32,000 nucleotides of DNA from Candidatus Lokiarchaeum ossiferum (GTDB taxonomy: Archaea > Asgardarchaeota > Lokiarchaeia > Sigyniarchaeales > Promethearchaeaceae): assembly GCA_025839675.1 (NCBI GenBank), contig CP104013.1, forward strand, positions 4,260,001 through 4,292,000. The letters are read 5' to 3'. The notes under the pieces were generated by a model. The model ran no database searches and was not told the origin of the DNA. It saw only the letters and a list, made by a program, of their open reading frames with translations. A program made the position numbers and the translations under genes. Positions 8,474 through 17,901 of this stretch are shown piece after piece; positions within the stretch are counted from its first letter, which is position 1; each line of letters opens with the position of its first letter.

Positions 8474-8893
8474 TTAGGATTGTTGTGAAATACTTGCTTT
8501 GACTTCCTTTTTGAATCCTTTTTCAATCGGAAAATATTGAGATAATAAAGATTGAATTTCAACATCATCAAATGGTTTTTTCAAGTATTGATAACCTTGA
8601 ATATCCTTAAGTTTTTGCTGAACTTGGTTATTATAATAAGTAAGCAGAAAAATAATATCCGAATTCCCAGAGTGGGAGATTTTTTGGATCGTATTAATTC
8701 CTTTATACATTCCTTCAAGATGAATATCTATAAAAATTAAAGAAGGTTGATATTTATTATATATTTTGATGAAATCATCATAGTTATTGACCGTTCCAAC
8801 AACATTTATTCCCGATTTCTCTAATTCTAGTTTGGTCATCATTGCAATTATCAAAGAATTTTCTGCAATAATGGCACTTTTTTTTTTCATCAA
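8474..8893 (-). CDS. stand-alone response-regulator receiver (CheY-like) domain protein
   Basis: REC pattern: phospho-acceptor context LIFIDIHLEG, LLT (Thr position) and YLKKPF (conserved Lys). The N-terminal acidic pair is AE (IIAEN) rather than DD. Confidence 0.65.
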   Translation of the reverse strand: MMKKKSAIIAENSLIIAMMTKLELEKSGINVVGTVNNYDDFIKIYNKYQPSLIFIDIHLEGMYKGINTIQKISHSGNSDIIFLLTYYNNQVQQKLKDIQGYQYLKKPFDDVEIQSLLSQYFPIEKGFKKEVKASISQQS

Positions 8894-8914
8894 TGTAATT
8901 GATTCCCTAAGTTT

Positions 8915-9358
8915 TTAATTCCTGATAAAGCTGCAATCAATATACTGATTATCTGAAGAAATTTTTCCACTGAAAAATGACCAAAACATTAATCCTTGTT
9001 TATTCTGAGTTTGAATCTGGAAATTTACTATTTTGCCAAAGATTTCTAATTCCTCAATAATGAAGGGTACCTCACGAATAGCAAAAAATTCATCCATACC
9101 CATATTTGCTTCGATCATTTCATTAAGGGTTGTGAATCCTAAAGTTGATATACAGAATTTGTTTGCAGTCACAATTGCCAACGTATCAAATTTGACCCTA
9201 AATAACGCCACATTAGGGGTATTTGAATATGCTTCTTTGTAAAAAGAATCATCAGAATGATTGACTTCGCTATTTAACGGGGTAGAGAAAAATCCCATTT
9301 CTAACTCTGAAGGGCTTGCCACTTGGCTTCTATTCATTGTTCGTTTATGAATTTCCAT
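8915..9358 (-). CDS. stand-alone PAS-like sensor domain protein (tentative)
   Basis: The C-terminal ~100 aa has a PAS-like layout: ALFRVKFDTLAIVTANKFCISTLGFTTLNEMIEANMGMDEFF...QTQNKQGLMFWSFFSGKI. It ends 21 nt upstream of the REC gene on the same strand. Confidence 0.4.
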   Translation of the reverse strand: MEIHKRTMNRSQVASPSELEMGFFSTPLNSEVNHSDDSFYKEAYSNTPNVALFRVKFDTLAIVTANKFCISTLGFTTLNEMIEANMGMDEFFAIREVPFIIEELEIFGKIVNFQIQTQNKQGLMFWSFFSGKISSDNQYIDCSFIRN

Positions 9359-9573
9359 TTTTATTGTTTCCTAAAGCATATTCAATACTTACATAAAGTA
9401 AGTTGATTCGAGTATTAAAATTTATCTAATAAATATTGATATGTTTAAATCAACAATAATGTATCGAAATTCGAACTTAAATATTACTCTGAATTATAAC
9501 TGTAATTGGTTATATGTTGGATTAAAAAAAAAAAATGCAAAAAAAATTGATATATATGAATCCAAATCTTAAA

Positions 9574-11907
9574 TTAAATTACTGAATAAATGAAGATATA
9601 TTTTCCTGTCATTAACAAAGTCACTGCGGCTGCTTGAATGAATGCAATTGCATAAATATTCCGGGTTTGCTGGTAAAAAAATGCACTTGTATACGCCATA
9701 AATCCTTGAAACCCGATCATTATTATACCTATGACAACTATTGCAGCTGAACCTGTGTTTCCTTGTAATAGTAACCATTTCAATTTTGAATTGATGAAGA
9801 CACCTCCAATTAAATAAGAGATCAACCACATAAGCCAGATAATACTCCCGTTGATGACTATTTCTTGTAAGTATCCTTTGAAATTTGGATATATATTTTG
9901 TTTTTCAAAGAGCTGAGTCTTGGAAATAATTTCCAAATTGAAATAGAAGAAGAATGTCATCAGGAAGAATACAAGTACTTCCAAATAGAGTCGTGGTGAA
10001 TAAGGACGAGGGAAAATTTTTGGATATTTAAAGATGATCGCAAAAATATTGTAAGAAAGTAATGGAATTCCAATGACGAAGATCAAAAATTGAAGGGCTT
10101 TCAAAAATCCCTTAAATGTTAATCCTATTCTCTTTAAATCAATTTTTCTCGTGTTTTTTTCTCCTCGTCTATTTAGGAAAATCATTACATTGACTGCTCC
10201 AAAGAGAAATACGGCTGTCCAGAAATACTGCCAAATGTATGTGTTTATAAGCCAAAATCGAAGAAAATATTGATCCACAAGCCAGCTTATACTGATTCCA
10301 GAAATAAAACACCCAATTATTAAAAACATGTAGAATGTCTTTGTTTTCCAACTATTTACAAATTTTACTGGATCCCCAATGTAATCAATTCGAAATTCTT
10401 GGTCTTTTTTTACTAATTCATGAATTTCTTCTTCTTTCAAATCCAAATTTTCTTTAATATTAATCAAAGGAACATATTTCGGAATAGTATCAGCCGCTTT
10501 GGGAAAAATCCGTTTTGCGGTTAAGAATCCAACCATTAAAATTAACATGAGCGTTCCTACAAGAATGAAATAACCTCCAAAAATCCTGGAGATGTAGCAA
10601 AATTCGATGTTTAACTTGGAAGTGCAAGTTCGAGGTATATGATTCTCTGGTGCTAAATTCAAACTCCTCACCATCCAATCAATCATGAGATCCATATTGG
10701 CGCTGGTTAACACTTCTTCAACATGATCTTGGCCTGGTAAAATTGTTAATTTCCGTGCTGTACCATTAACAAAAGAAAAATGTGAATTCTCAAGATTTTC
10801 GATATTAATATTTGGATTTTTTTCATATTCCGATGATAGAATTGATGTATTGTACCAACCATCTGTTGCTTGTTCAAATAGAGTAAATTGAATATCCACC
10901 GTGGTGAGTCCATCTGTATCTCCAGTCATTAAATAATAGTTGGGAATATTTGTGCCGTTGATAAATCCTCCAATAGATCTTCTAGCAACATCTTCACTTG
11001 AAATAACACCATTGCTACAACCCATGAATGTTGATAGAAATACACCCCATTTCTCATCATCAATCACATCCGTCCCTAAAACCGCTTTAAAAGTATCTTG
11101 AAGATCAGTATATCCCCAAATCGATCCAACCGCTTTTATTTTTCCTCCGGTTCCTAAAGGTGTTTTATCAAATATTCCCGCTCGAGTAGTCACCAAACCT
11201 CCATTGGAATGCCCCATCACTGCAATTTTGCTGGGATCGACATCTTCCAATGTTGACATGTATTCAACTGCTGACCAAATTACTTGTAGTCCATTCAATC
11301 CAAAATCCCAAAGTCCTCCTGAATCTCCATGACCTGGAAGATTGGTGGCGAGAACTTTAAAACCTGCTGCTGCCAAATCCATGGCGTTATGTAAGTTTGC
11401 TTCTGCATTTACTACCATGCCATGAGACCAAACAATTCCAGGTAATTTTGTTTCTGCAGGATGCGTTGGCGTTAACAAATAGGCAGAAACAGTGAAAATT
11501 TCAAGATTGTCTGGGAGGATTGATACATTGTTGAACAACATATCTCGATTGGCCATCGCTCGATTATATGAAATTTCAGTGGTAAAGGATACTTTTTGGA
11601 TGGTATATGAGGGTGAAAAGGTGCCAACCGAAGCAAAACCGATCCCTAACACATAAAATACGATGGTAAAAACTAAGAAAATTTTCCAAACACGAAGCTT
11701 GATCTTTGCTGCGCGAGTTTTTGCATCCTCATATGCTTCTTCAATTTTTTTTTGGGTATTGAACAGCGCTTCACTCAATTTTAGTTTAGATAGATGATAA
11801 TCCTTCTGAATTCGATGATAAATATCATCCAGTTTTTTTAAAACTTTGTGATCTTCACCAGGATGCTGATGTTCTTTATGTTTAGGGGTATGTCCGCTTT
11901 GGTCCAT
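9574..11907 (-). CDS. membrane protein: N-terminal anchor, extracytoplasmic alpha/beta-hydrolase domain, C-terminal polytopic domain
   Basis: One TM helix (IFLVFTIVFYVLGIGFASV) is followed by a hydrolase region with the nucleophile elbow VMGHSNGG and an upstream HGDSGG. About 8-10 hydrophobic helices fill the last ~330 aa. Confidence 0.6.
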   Translation of the reverse strand: MDQSGHTPKHKEHQHPGEDHKVLKKLDDIYHRIQKDYHLSKLKLSEALFNTQKKIEEAYEDAKTRAAKIKLRVWKIFLVFTIVFYVLGIGFASVGTFSPSYTIQKVSFTTEISYNRAMANRDMLFNNVSILPDNLEIFTVSAYLLTPTHPAETKLPGIVWSHGMVVNAEANLHNAMDLAAAGFKVLATNLPGHGDSGGLWDFGLNGLQVIWSAVEYMSTLEDVDPSKIAVMGHSNGGLVTTRAGIFDKTPLGTGGKIKAVGSIWGYTDLQDTFKAVLGTDVIDDEKWGVFLSTFMGCSNGVISSEDVARRSIGGFINGTNIPNYYLMTGDTDGLTTVDIQFTLFEQATDGWYNTSILSSEYEKNPNINIENLENSHFSFVNGTARKLTILPGQDHVEEVLTSANMDLMIDWMVRSLNLAPENHIPRTCTSKLNIEFCYISRIFGGYFILVGTLMLILMVGFLTAKRIFPKAADTIPKYVPLINIKENLDLKEEEIHELVKKDQEFRIDYIGDPVKFVNSWKTKTFYMFLIIGCFISGISISWLVDQYFLRFWLINTYIWQYFWTAVFLFGAVNVMIFLNRRGEKNTRKIDLKRIGLTFKGFLKALQFLIFVIGIPLLSYNIFAIIFKYPKIFPRPYSPRLYLEVLVFFLMTFFFYFNLEIISKTQLFEKQNIYPNFKGYLQEIVINGSIIWLMWLISYLIGGVFINSKLKWLLLQGNTGSAAIVVIGIIMIGFQGFMAYTSAFFYQQTRNIYAIAFIQAAAVTLLMTGKYIFIYSVI

Positions 11908-11978
11908 CTACAAAAATAGGAAAAAAAAACAATCATTAAAATGTTCGGGATATGTTTTTTGAAAATGAGAATATCAAT

Positions 11979-12839
11979 TTAACCCATCATTTTTTGGAGA
12001 TATAAAGCAACTCCATTTTCCTTATGGTTTCCAATGGTTCGCGTTGCAATTTTTTTAAGTTCAATGACTGCATTTTCGACAGCACATCCTTCATCGGCGA
12101 CTTCAAACATGGGTATATCATTGGTATTGTCTCCAAAACAAACGATTTTTTTAACCTGTAGAAATTTTTTGAGAAAAATTAGCGCATCTTTTTTATTTCC
12201 GTCGCGAGGAACTACCTCTATCCAAGTAAATCCTGGAGAATATATATCTTTCATTTCATGGATGTAAATTTCTGGATCTTCAAGAATTTGATTTCGAACA
12301 AATTCTACTTGATTGTCTGGTAAGATGATGTTAATTTCAATGGTCTTATCATTGATTTCTGGGAGTTTTGACACCTTAATAAAGCGAGGATCTTTGTTTT
12401 TGATGCGATCTTCAATATAGAATTTCTCAGATGCATTATTAACAGAGGTGAAATAGACTTTATTTTGGTTTTCTTCATTGATAGCATATAGGATTGGATT
12501 AAGGTTTAATTGGTAATAAATTGCAAGAAGTTTTTCAACCAATTCTTCTCGAAGAAAAGAAGATTTTAGGATGGATTCTTGGACAGGATCATAAATAAAA
12601 ATACCATTGTGACAAATGATTGGAATATTTAAGTTTAAATCCTTAATCTTTGGGTATGCGGATTCAAAAGAACGAGCAGTGGCGATCGAAAATAAATTAC
12701 CTTGTGCAATAAATTGATTAATAATATCTATTGAAGTTGATGCTATTTTTTGCTCATCATCCATCAAAGTTCCATCCAAATCTGAAATATAAAGCGTAGA
12801 ATTTTGTGTGATAGGCTGATTTTGAAGGAGGTTGCTCAT
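11979..12839 (-). CDS. HAD-superfamily hydrolase, Cof-type (subfamily IIB) phosphatase
   Basis: Motif I is YISDLDGTL and motif IV is FGDNTNDIPMF. A large cap insert lies between them, typical of the Cof/YbiV type. Confidence 0.75.
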   Translation of the reverse strand: MSNLLQNQPITQNSTLYISDLDGTLMDDEQKIASTSIDIINQFIAQGNLFSIATARSFESAYPKIKDLNLNIPIICHNGIFIYDPVQESILKSSFLREELVEKLLAIYYQLNLNPILYAINEENQNKVYFTSVNNASEKFYIEDRIKNKDPRFIKVSKLPEINDKTIEINIILPDNQVEFVRNQILEDPEIYIHEMKDIYSPGFTWIEVVPRDGNKKDALIFLKKFLQVKKIVCFGDNTNDIPMFEVADEGCAVENAVIELKKIATRTIGNHKENGVALYLQKMMG

Positions 12840-12920
12840 AATTATAGAAATGAACCATATCTTAAGAATGAAAATACAAAAAAAATTTGATGAAAAAAAT
12901 GTAAATTGATGTTCCCAAAA

Positions 12921-14606
12921 TTACATCATACCAGGTGGCATACCACCCATGCCGCCCATACCAGGAGGCATTCCTCCCATACCACCAGGAGGCATTCCAC
13001 CAGGTGCACCACCGCCACCACCACCACCAACGCCGGCAATAACATCGTCGATTCGGAGGATCATTTGTGCGGCTTCGCTTGCGCTTTTTATAGCTTGTTT
13101 CTTTACATTTACTGGTTCAATAACACCATAAGCAGCCATATCATTTTCAACTTTCATGTCATCTAAGTTCAATCCAGCATATTTATGTCCTTCACCATGG
13201 GCAGATCGGAGTTTCATTAACATTTCAATTTGATCTAAACCAGCGTTTTCTGCCAAAGTTTTAGGGATAATGTCTAAAGCGTCTGCAAAAACTTCGACTG
13301 CGAGTTGTTCCCGTCCAGAAAGTGTTTCGGCATATTTTCGGAGTTCTTTGGCCACTTCTAATTCTGGTGCACCTCCTCCTCCTACGATGGAAGGTTCTTC
13401 AATACAATCTTTGACTACGCATAATGCATCATGGATGGATCGATCGGCTTCATCTACTACCAATTCAGTTCCACCTCGAACAAATACTACAACGGATTTT
13501 GGACTTTTACATTGTTCAATGAATACCCAGTTTTCATTCATAATCTTTCGTTCTTCGATTAATCCTGCATGTCCTAATCCTTCAGCATTTAGATCATCTA
13601 AATTCGAGAAAATATTTGCTCCCGTTGCCTTGGATAGCTTGTCTAAATCGGATTTTTTCACACGTCTTACTGCTGAAATTCCTTTTTTGACTAAGAAATG
13701 TTGAGCCATATCATCTATACCCTTTTGGCAAATGACAAAATTTGCTCCAGTTGCGGCAATCTTATTGGCTAAGTCTTCAAGCATTTGTTGTTCTTGATCT
13801 AAGAATGCGGAGATTTGATCTGGGCTGGTAATTTGTAATTTGGCATCAAATTCTGTTTTTTCAACTTCAACGGCTGCGGAAATAAGTAAGATTTTTGCAT
13901 TTTCAATTCGTTTAGCCATGCCAGAGTTTACTATTTCTTTATCCAAAATTAATCCTGAAATAAATTGAGTTTCATCCAAACTAGCGCCTTCCTTCTTCTG
14001 GATTTGGATACGATCTAAATCGACCACATTTTTGCCTTCTACTTCTTCACTTACTGCCAAACATGCATCGACCACGATGTTGCTGACTAATCCAGAATAT
14101 TCATTGATGATTTTTGAACTCATGGATGTTTTCGCAGCTTTTTTCAACATTTCTTTATCGGTTGCGCTGATTGGGGTTGCAATTTTATCCAAAATTTCAA
14201 TTGCTTTAGTAGCGGCTTTTCTGAATCCTTCTGTAATTACAGTAGGGTGAATTTTTTGATCGAGAAGTTTTTCTGCTCGTTTTAATAATTCTCCTGCTAA
14301 GATCACAGACGAAGTGGTTCCATCTCCAACTTCTTCATCTTGAGTTTTGCTGACTTCTACTAACATCTTTGCTGCAGGATGCTGAACATCGACTTCTTTG
14401 AGAATTGTTGCTCCATCATTAGTGATGGTAACATCTCCAAATTGGTCTACAAGCATTTTGTCCATTCCACGTGGGCCAAGGCTGCTTCGAACTGCTTCTG
14501 CAATTGTTTTTGCTGCAAGGATATTATTACGTTGTGCATTCTTTCCTTGAGTTCGTTCTGCACCTTCTTTCAATATATAGACTGGTTGTCCGCCTAATTG
14601 TGCCAT
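12921..14606 (-). CDS. ths: thermosome subunit (group II chaperonin, CCT/TCP-1 family)
   Basis: Motifs [24 protein letters not shown] and VGGGGAPE. The C-terminal tail is Gly/Met/Pro-rich ([35 protein letters not shown]). Confidence 0.95.
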   Translation of the reverse strand: MAQLGGQPVYILKEGAERTQGKNAQRNNILAAKTIAEAVRSSLGPRGMDKMLVDQFGDVTITNDGATILKEVDVQHPAAKMLVEVSKTQDEEVGDGTTSSVILAGELLKRAEKLLDQKIHPTVITEGFRKAATKAIEILDKIATPISATDKEMLKKAAKTSMSSKIINEYSGLVSNIVVDACLAVSEEVEGKNVVDLDRIQIQKKEGASLDETQFISGLILDKEIVNSGMAKRIENAKILLISAAVEVEKTEFDAKLQITSPDQISAFLDQEQQMLEDLANKIAATGANFVICQKGIDDMAQHFLVKKGISAVRRVKKSDLDKLSKATGANIFSNLDDLNAEGLGHAGLIEERKIMNENWVFIEQCKSPKSVVVFVRGGTELVVDEADRSIHDALCVVKDCIEEPSIVGGGGAPELEVAKELRKYAETLSGREQLAVEVFADALDIIPKTLAENAGLDQIEMLMKLRSAHGEGHKYAGLNLDDMKVENDMAAYGVIEPVNVKKQAIKSASEAAQMILRIDDVIAGVGGGGGGGAPGGMPPGGMGGMPPGMGGMGGMPPGMM

Positions 14607-14648
14607 TTTTTTTACCTTTTTTAAAATTCTTCAAAATAATCACATTTT

Positions 14649-14660
14649 CCTAAATTTAGG
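14649..14660 (-). promoter_or_regulatory. perfect 12-bp palindrome CCTAAATTTAGG, candidate TATA-box/operator of the thermosome gene
   Basis: The palindrome was read directly. Its AT core TAAATTTA is centred about 48 nt upstream of the thermosome ATG (14606). That placement fits a TATA box about 26 nt upstream of a TSS plus a short leader. No transcript data. Confidence 0.3.
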
Positions 14661-15076
14661 AAAGATCTGATTTTTGAAGTTTATGTATGGAAGTCTAAGT
14701 CACCAAAAATTTTAAAGTTTTTTTTGCAGCCAAAAAAAAGTCGAGTTAATTTGAAAATTTTTTTATTCAAACATATTGATTTCCCCCCAAAAAAAGAAGA
14801 GAAACTTAGCATAAAATGCTAAAAATTGCTATTATTGTTGAAGTTATTGTAAATCTTCAGTTTATTTGTCCGAAAAGTTTTTATTCTCTAAAAAATCGTA
14901 AGATTGATAATAATGGAAACCTTGATTTAAATATAAACGATGTCGATCAGCAGCTTACCTCAAAAAAATACTTCTTCTTCAAAAACTGAACCTGAAAAAA
15001 AGATTGTTTCCAGCATCAAACCATTAATTGTTATTGAGAGTTTTGATGATATATAAAAAAAATGATTCATAATTGA

Positions 15077-16420
15077 TTATTTTAGCGTATCTATGAATTT
15101 TCCATCAATTTCTTGATACCACGTTTTGGCTTCAAAATTCGTTTTAACTGGCAAGAAATAGCGGGTAGGGTCTAATCTATTTGTAAACATCTTCTCATAG
15201 TCTAAAATCAATTTATTAAGTTTAGGATCCGATGGGTCCAAGACGAAATTAATCGTATATAATGCGACTGAAGGTTGATATGTTATGGCATCGATGTAAT
15301 CATTAAAGAACGTCTGTTTTTCATTTGTTGTTAAGTGAGTAACTGGGATGTCTACTAATGTTAAAAATCCATATCGCGACGCAAGCTCGATTATAAAGGG
15401 TGTTAAAATTCCTTGATTTGAACGAATTGTGTTTATATTTTGGTTTTTCATTCGTTTAAATCGATCTAATATATCAATACGTGGATTTGAATATCCATAT
15501 TTCTCTGAATCGATTGGGAAATCTCCTCCTTGAATTTCAAACGGTGCTCCATTTAACATAATTTGTTCCCCAATTACATTAATTTCGCGAATTCCAATAT
15601 TTTCATCAATATAAATCATCCCTCCCTCATCGTTTCCAATTCTAACAGAGAGTTTGTATAAATTGGGGGATTTTGGTGTCCAAAGTTCTAAATCCTCTTT
15701 GTTAATATGTACAACAATCTTCGAAAGCCGGCTATTTTTTTTTAATACATCTATTGGTCGTTTAATATTTATTACAGGAACATAATCCCGAGTGATTTTT
15801 ATTGAAATCTCACCCGTATAATCCTCTTCAGCTGCGTTCTTTACATAGAAAGAAAAGGTTAATTCAGCAAAATTTAATTTATGACTAATTTCATCATATC
15901 TTAATACTGTTTCCATGCTTCTTTCTTCTAAAGTTAAGGTTTTTTCTGTCCGAATATAGACTTCTCCAAAAATACCGAAATACTCTGTAACCTTTTCTGT
16001 TGAGATATATCGATTGGCATCAGGTTTTCCATCAATCCGAATAGCCAAAAAATGAGTGTTATTATCAGCAAATTTTGATATGTCAAATTTGAAAGGGAGA
16101 AATGCCCCATGAAAAGACCCGATTTCTAAACCATCAATATAAATTGTGGCTTTATGTGCAATTTGAGCAAAAAATAAGAATACTTTTTTATTTGAAAAGG
16201 ATTTTGGGGTCCGAAAAGTTCGCCAATACCATGCAACACCTTCATAATCTTTAAATTCTGTCGAACTTCTTCGGTTCCAACAGCTTGGAACAGCAATTCT
16301 CGTTTTTTCTTCTAAATAAGGCTGATTTTCTTGGAGAAACCATTCTTGTTCGATTCCTTCACCATTAGGATCTACAGCAAAACGCCATAGTTCTCCTGTT
16401 AAACTAATCACATCTTCCAT
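15077..16420 (-). CDS. glycoside hydrolase family 2-like protein, truncated TIM barrel (probably non-catalytic)
   Basis: GH2 N-terminal sugar-binding pattern (LTGELWRF, VPSCWN, YEGVAWYWRTF, LFFAQIAHKATIYIDG, LPFKFDIS), then an Ig-like region and the start of the barrel (INTIRSNQGILTPFIIELASRYGFLTLVDIPV). The protein ends about 85 aa later. Confidence 0.55.
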   Translation of the reverse strand: MEDVISLTGELWRFAVDPNGEGIEQEWFLQENQPYLEEKTRIAVPSCWNRRSSTEFKDYEGVAWYWRTFRTPKSFSNKKVFLFFAQIAHKATIYIDGLEIGSFHGAFLPFKFDISKFADNNTHFLAIRIDGKPDANRYISTEKVTEYFGIFGEVYIRTEKTLTLEERSMETVLRYDEISHKLNFAELTFSFYVKNAAEEDYTGEISIKITRDYVPVINIKRPIDVLKKNSRLSKIVVHINKEDLELWTPKSPNLYKLSVRIGNDEGGMIYIDENIGIREINVIGEQIMLNGAPFEIQGGDFPIDSEKYGYSNPRIDILDRFKRMKNQNINTIRSNQGILTPFIIELASRYGFLTLVDIPVTHLTTNEKQTFFNDYIDAITYQPSVALYTINFVLDPSDPKLNKLILDYEKMFTNRLDPTRYFLPVKTNFEAKTWYQEIDGKFIDTLK

Positions 16421-16497
16421 TTTTTTCTACAAAAAGAGTCTTGGTTGTAATTCTAAAAAAGTCTTGTGGAAGAAGTTGTAAAAAAGGTGAGATATGA

Positions 16498-16917
16498 TTA
16501 CAATATTTTACTCTTCATTGGTCGTTCGACGGAAACGCTTTTAGCGCCTCCTCTTTCAATTAGGGCCTTCTTAAATTCCTCTACAGGTAATTCTGGTACC
16601 GGACTAATTACAGTCCATTCTGCGATTTGATTTTTTTTAAGGATAACTGTTTGTCCATATAAAAGACTGAGGCCTAATTCTCCAAACACCTTTGAAACCG
16701 TACTCAAAGCTCCTGGTTCGTCTGCAATAATTATTCTCAAGCGCATAAAAGCTTGTTCATCTGAGAAGGGTAAAGGGATGATTCGCAATTCATTCTCGTT
16801 TGAATCGCTGATGAGCATAATGTGGGAATTCTCCTTCAGCCCTAGACTTTTACGCATTCCTCGTGGGATTACGATTCTTCCGCGGGAATCAATTTTAAGA
16901 ATCTCTGTTTCTTTCAT
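16498..16917 (-). CDS. AbrB/SpoVT-type DNA-binding domain fused to an ACT-like ligand-binding domain
   Basis: N-terminal swapped-hairpin motif IDSRGRIVIPRGMRKSLGLKENSHIMLI. C-terminal ACT-like pattern LRIIIADEPGALSTVSKVFGELGLSLLYGQT. Confidence 0.6.
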   Translation of the reverse strand: MKETEILKIDSRGRIVIPRGMRKSLGLKENSHIMLISDSNENELRIIPLPFSDEQAFMRLRIIIADEPGALSTVSKVFGELGLSLLYGQTVILKKNQIAEWTVISPVPELPVEEFKKALIERGGAKSVSVERPMKSKIL

Positions 16918-17250
16918 GATGGTAACTCTCGTAGTGTTGTGAGTCAGATATATGTATGTGGGATTAATTAGTTTAAAAAGCTTTCTTGAGAAAAAGGGAG
17001 GTTGGATTTCTTGCCTCCATTTTTTCTCTACTTTTTGGTTTAAACTATGAAATTGAACCTTTAAGTTTTAGTTTTTTAACTATGACTTTGCTTTTGATTT
17101 TTAATGATTTTTCCTTTCCCATTACTTTTTTTCTTTTTCCCACAACCCATTTTCTGCCCATGGTTCCATTTTGAATTTTTTTTTATGAAACTTTTTTTAA
17201 TCCAAAAATGATAGGTACTCATATATAAAACAACCGAGAGAAGAAATTTC

Positions 17251-17892
17251 ATGAGTGAACAAGATATAAAAAAAGAAATGCGGCAATTGATTATGCTCGT
17301 CTCTTCGATTCGATCCCAAGATCAAGATCATTGGGAATCCCATGTGGAGTTTTCCAATCAAGTTATTGAATTTATTAAGAAAATTCAGAAGGATATGAAT
17401 AATAACTGGGATAAAATTAATAATAGTGTATTAAATTTGAACAAATCCATCGAAGAGTCATTAGATTCACTTTTAACTGGAATAAACCCTGATTCTATAA
17501 AACAAACGTCTCAATCTTTAAAAGAAATTCAAGAAACTATGGGCAAAACAGTTCAAGCAATTAATTTGGATGGAATAATGAAAGAACTTCAAGGATTGTC
17601 TGGAGAAGGAATAGTTTTGTCTGGATCTGGCGTTTCAAAAGGGAAAAAAGGCAAAAGTAAGAAAAAGGGTGCAACAAAGCTTGATTCTGGATCGTCTGGT
17701 CCGTATTCTGCAGATGATGAATCCATTTCAGATGAAGCTCTGGATGCGGATGGATATACTCAGGAAGAACAAGAAATGATAAAAGCTTATCAAGAAATTT
17801 ATGGTCCGGGTCAAATTCCGGCTCATTTAAAGAAAAAGAAGAAGAAAAAAGACCCTCATCTTTTAAAACCCAGTGATTTCTTTGGTATGTAA
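17251..17892 (+). CDS. hypothetical protein: helical/coiled-coil N-terminal half, disordered Gly/Ser/Lys- and acid-rich C-terminal half
   Basis: 213-aa ORF with no family motif I recognise. It contains KGKKGKSKKKG and a K7 run near the C-terminus. Confidence 0.5.
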   Translation: MSEQDIKKEMRQLIMLVSSIRSQDQDHWESHVEFSNQVIEFIKKIQKDMNNNWDKINNSVLNLNKSIEESLDSLLTGINPDSIKQTSQSLKEIQETMGKTVQAINLDGIMKELQGLSGEGIVLSGSGVSKGKKGKSKKKGATKLDSGSSGPYSADDESISDEALDADGYTQEEQEMIKAYQEIYGPGQIPAHLKKKKKKKDPHLLKPSDFFGM

Positions 17893-17901
17893 TGTTATCG
17901 C

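Noticed and set aside
12906-13704. ORFs on the + strand (12906..13166, 12949..13131, 13270..13704) opposite the thermosome gene, including Pro/Thr/His-rich peptides
   Set aside because: These are antisense readings of the Gly/Met/Pro tail codons and of the conserved chaperonin body. The thermosome frame explains the sequence completely.
14900-15060. Possible C/D-box sRNA (TGATGA at ~15044, CTGA pairs at ~14986-14995) and a ~38-aa low-complexity ORF (14940-15056) in the long spacer
   Set aside because: The box order and spacing do not fit a C-D'-C'-D arrangement on either strand. The ORF is Ser/Lys-rich low complexity without an RBS.
16996-17026. GGAGG-N12-CCTCC hairpin flanked by A5/T6 runs, resembling a bidirectional terminator
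   Set aside because: It sits between divergently transcribed genes (16917 minus, 17251 plus), so no upstream transcript needs terminating. A 5-bp stem can arise by chance. It may be regulatory, but I have no evidence.
16986-17174. 62-aa TTG-start hydrophobic ORF in the 16918-17250 spacer
   Set aside because: It results from reading a T-rich promoter spacer (Phe/Leu-rich), has a non-ATG start, and has no RBS. It is most likely non-coding.
17251-17892. Considered an ESCRT-III/Snf7-like assignment for the 213-aa helical protein
   Set aside because: It matches only in size and vague helical character. The N-terminal helices are acidic rather than basic, and I see no MIM-type motif. That is too weak to claim.
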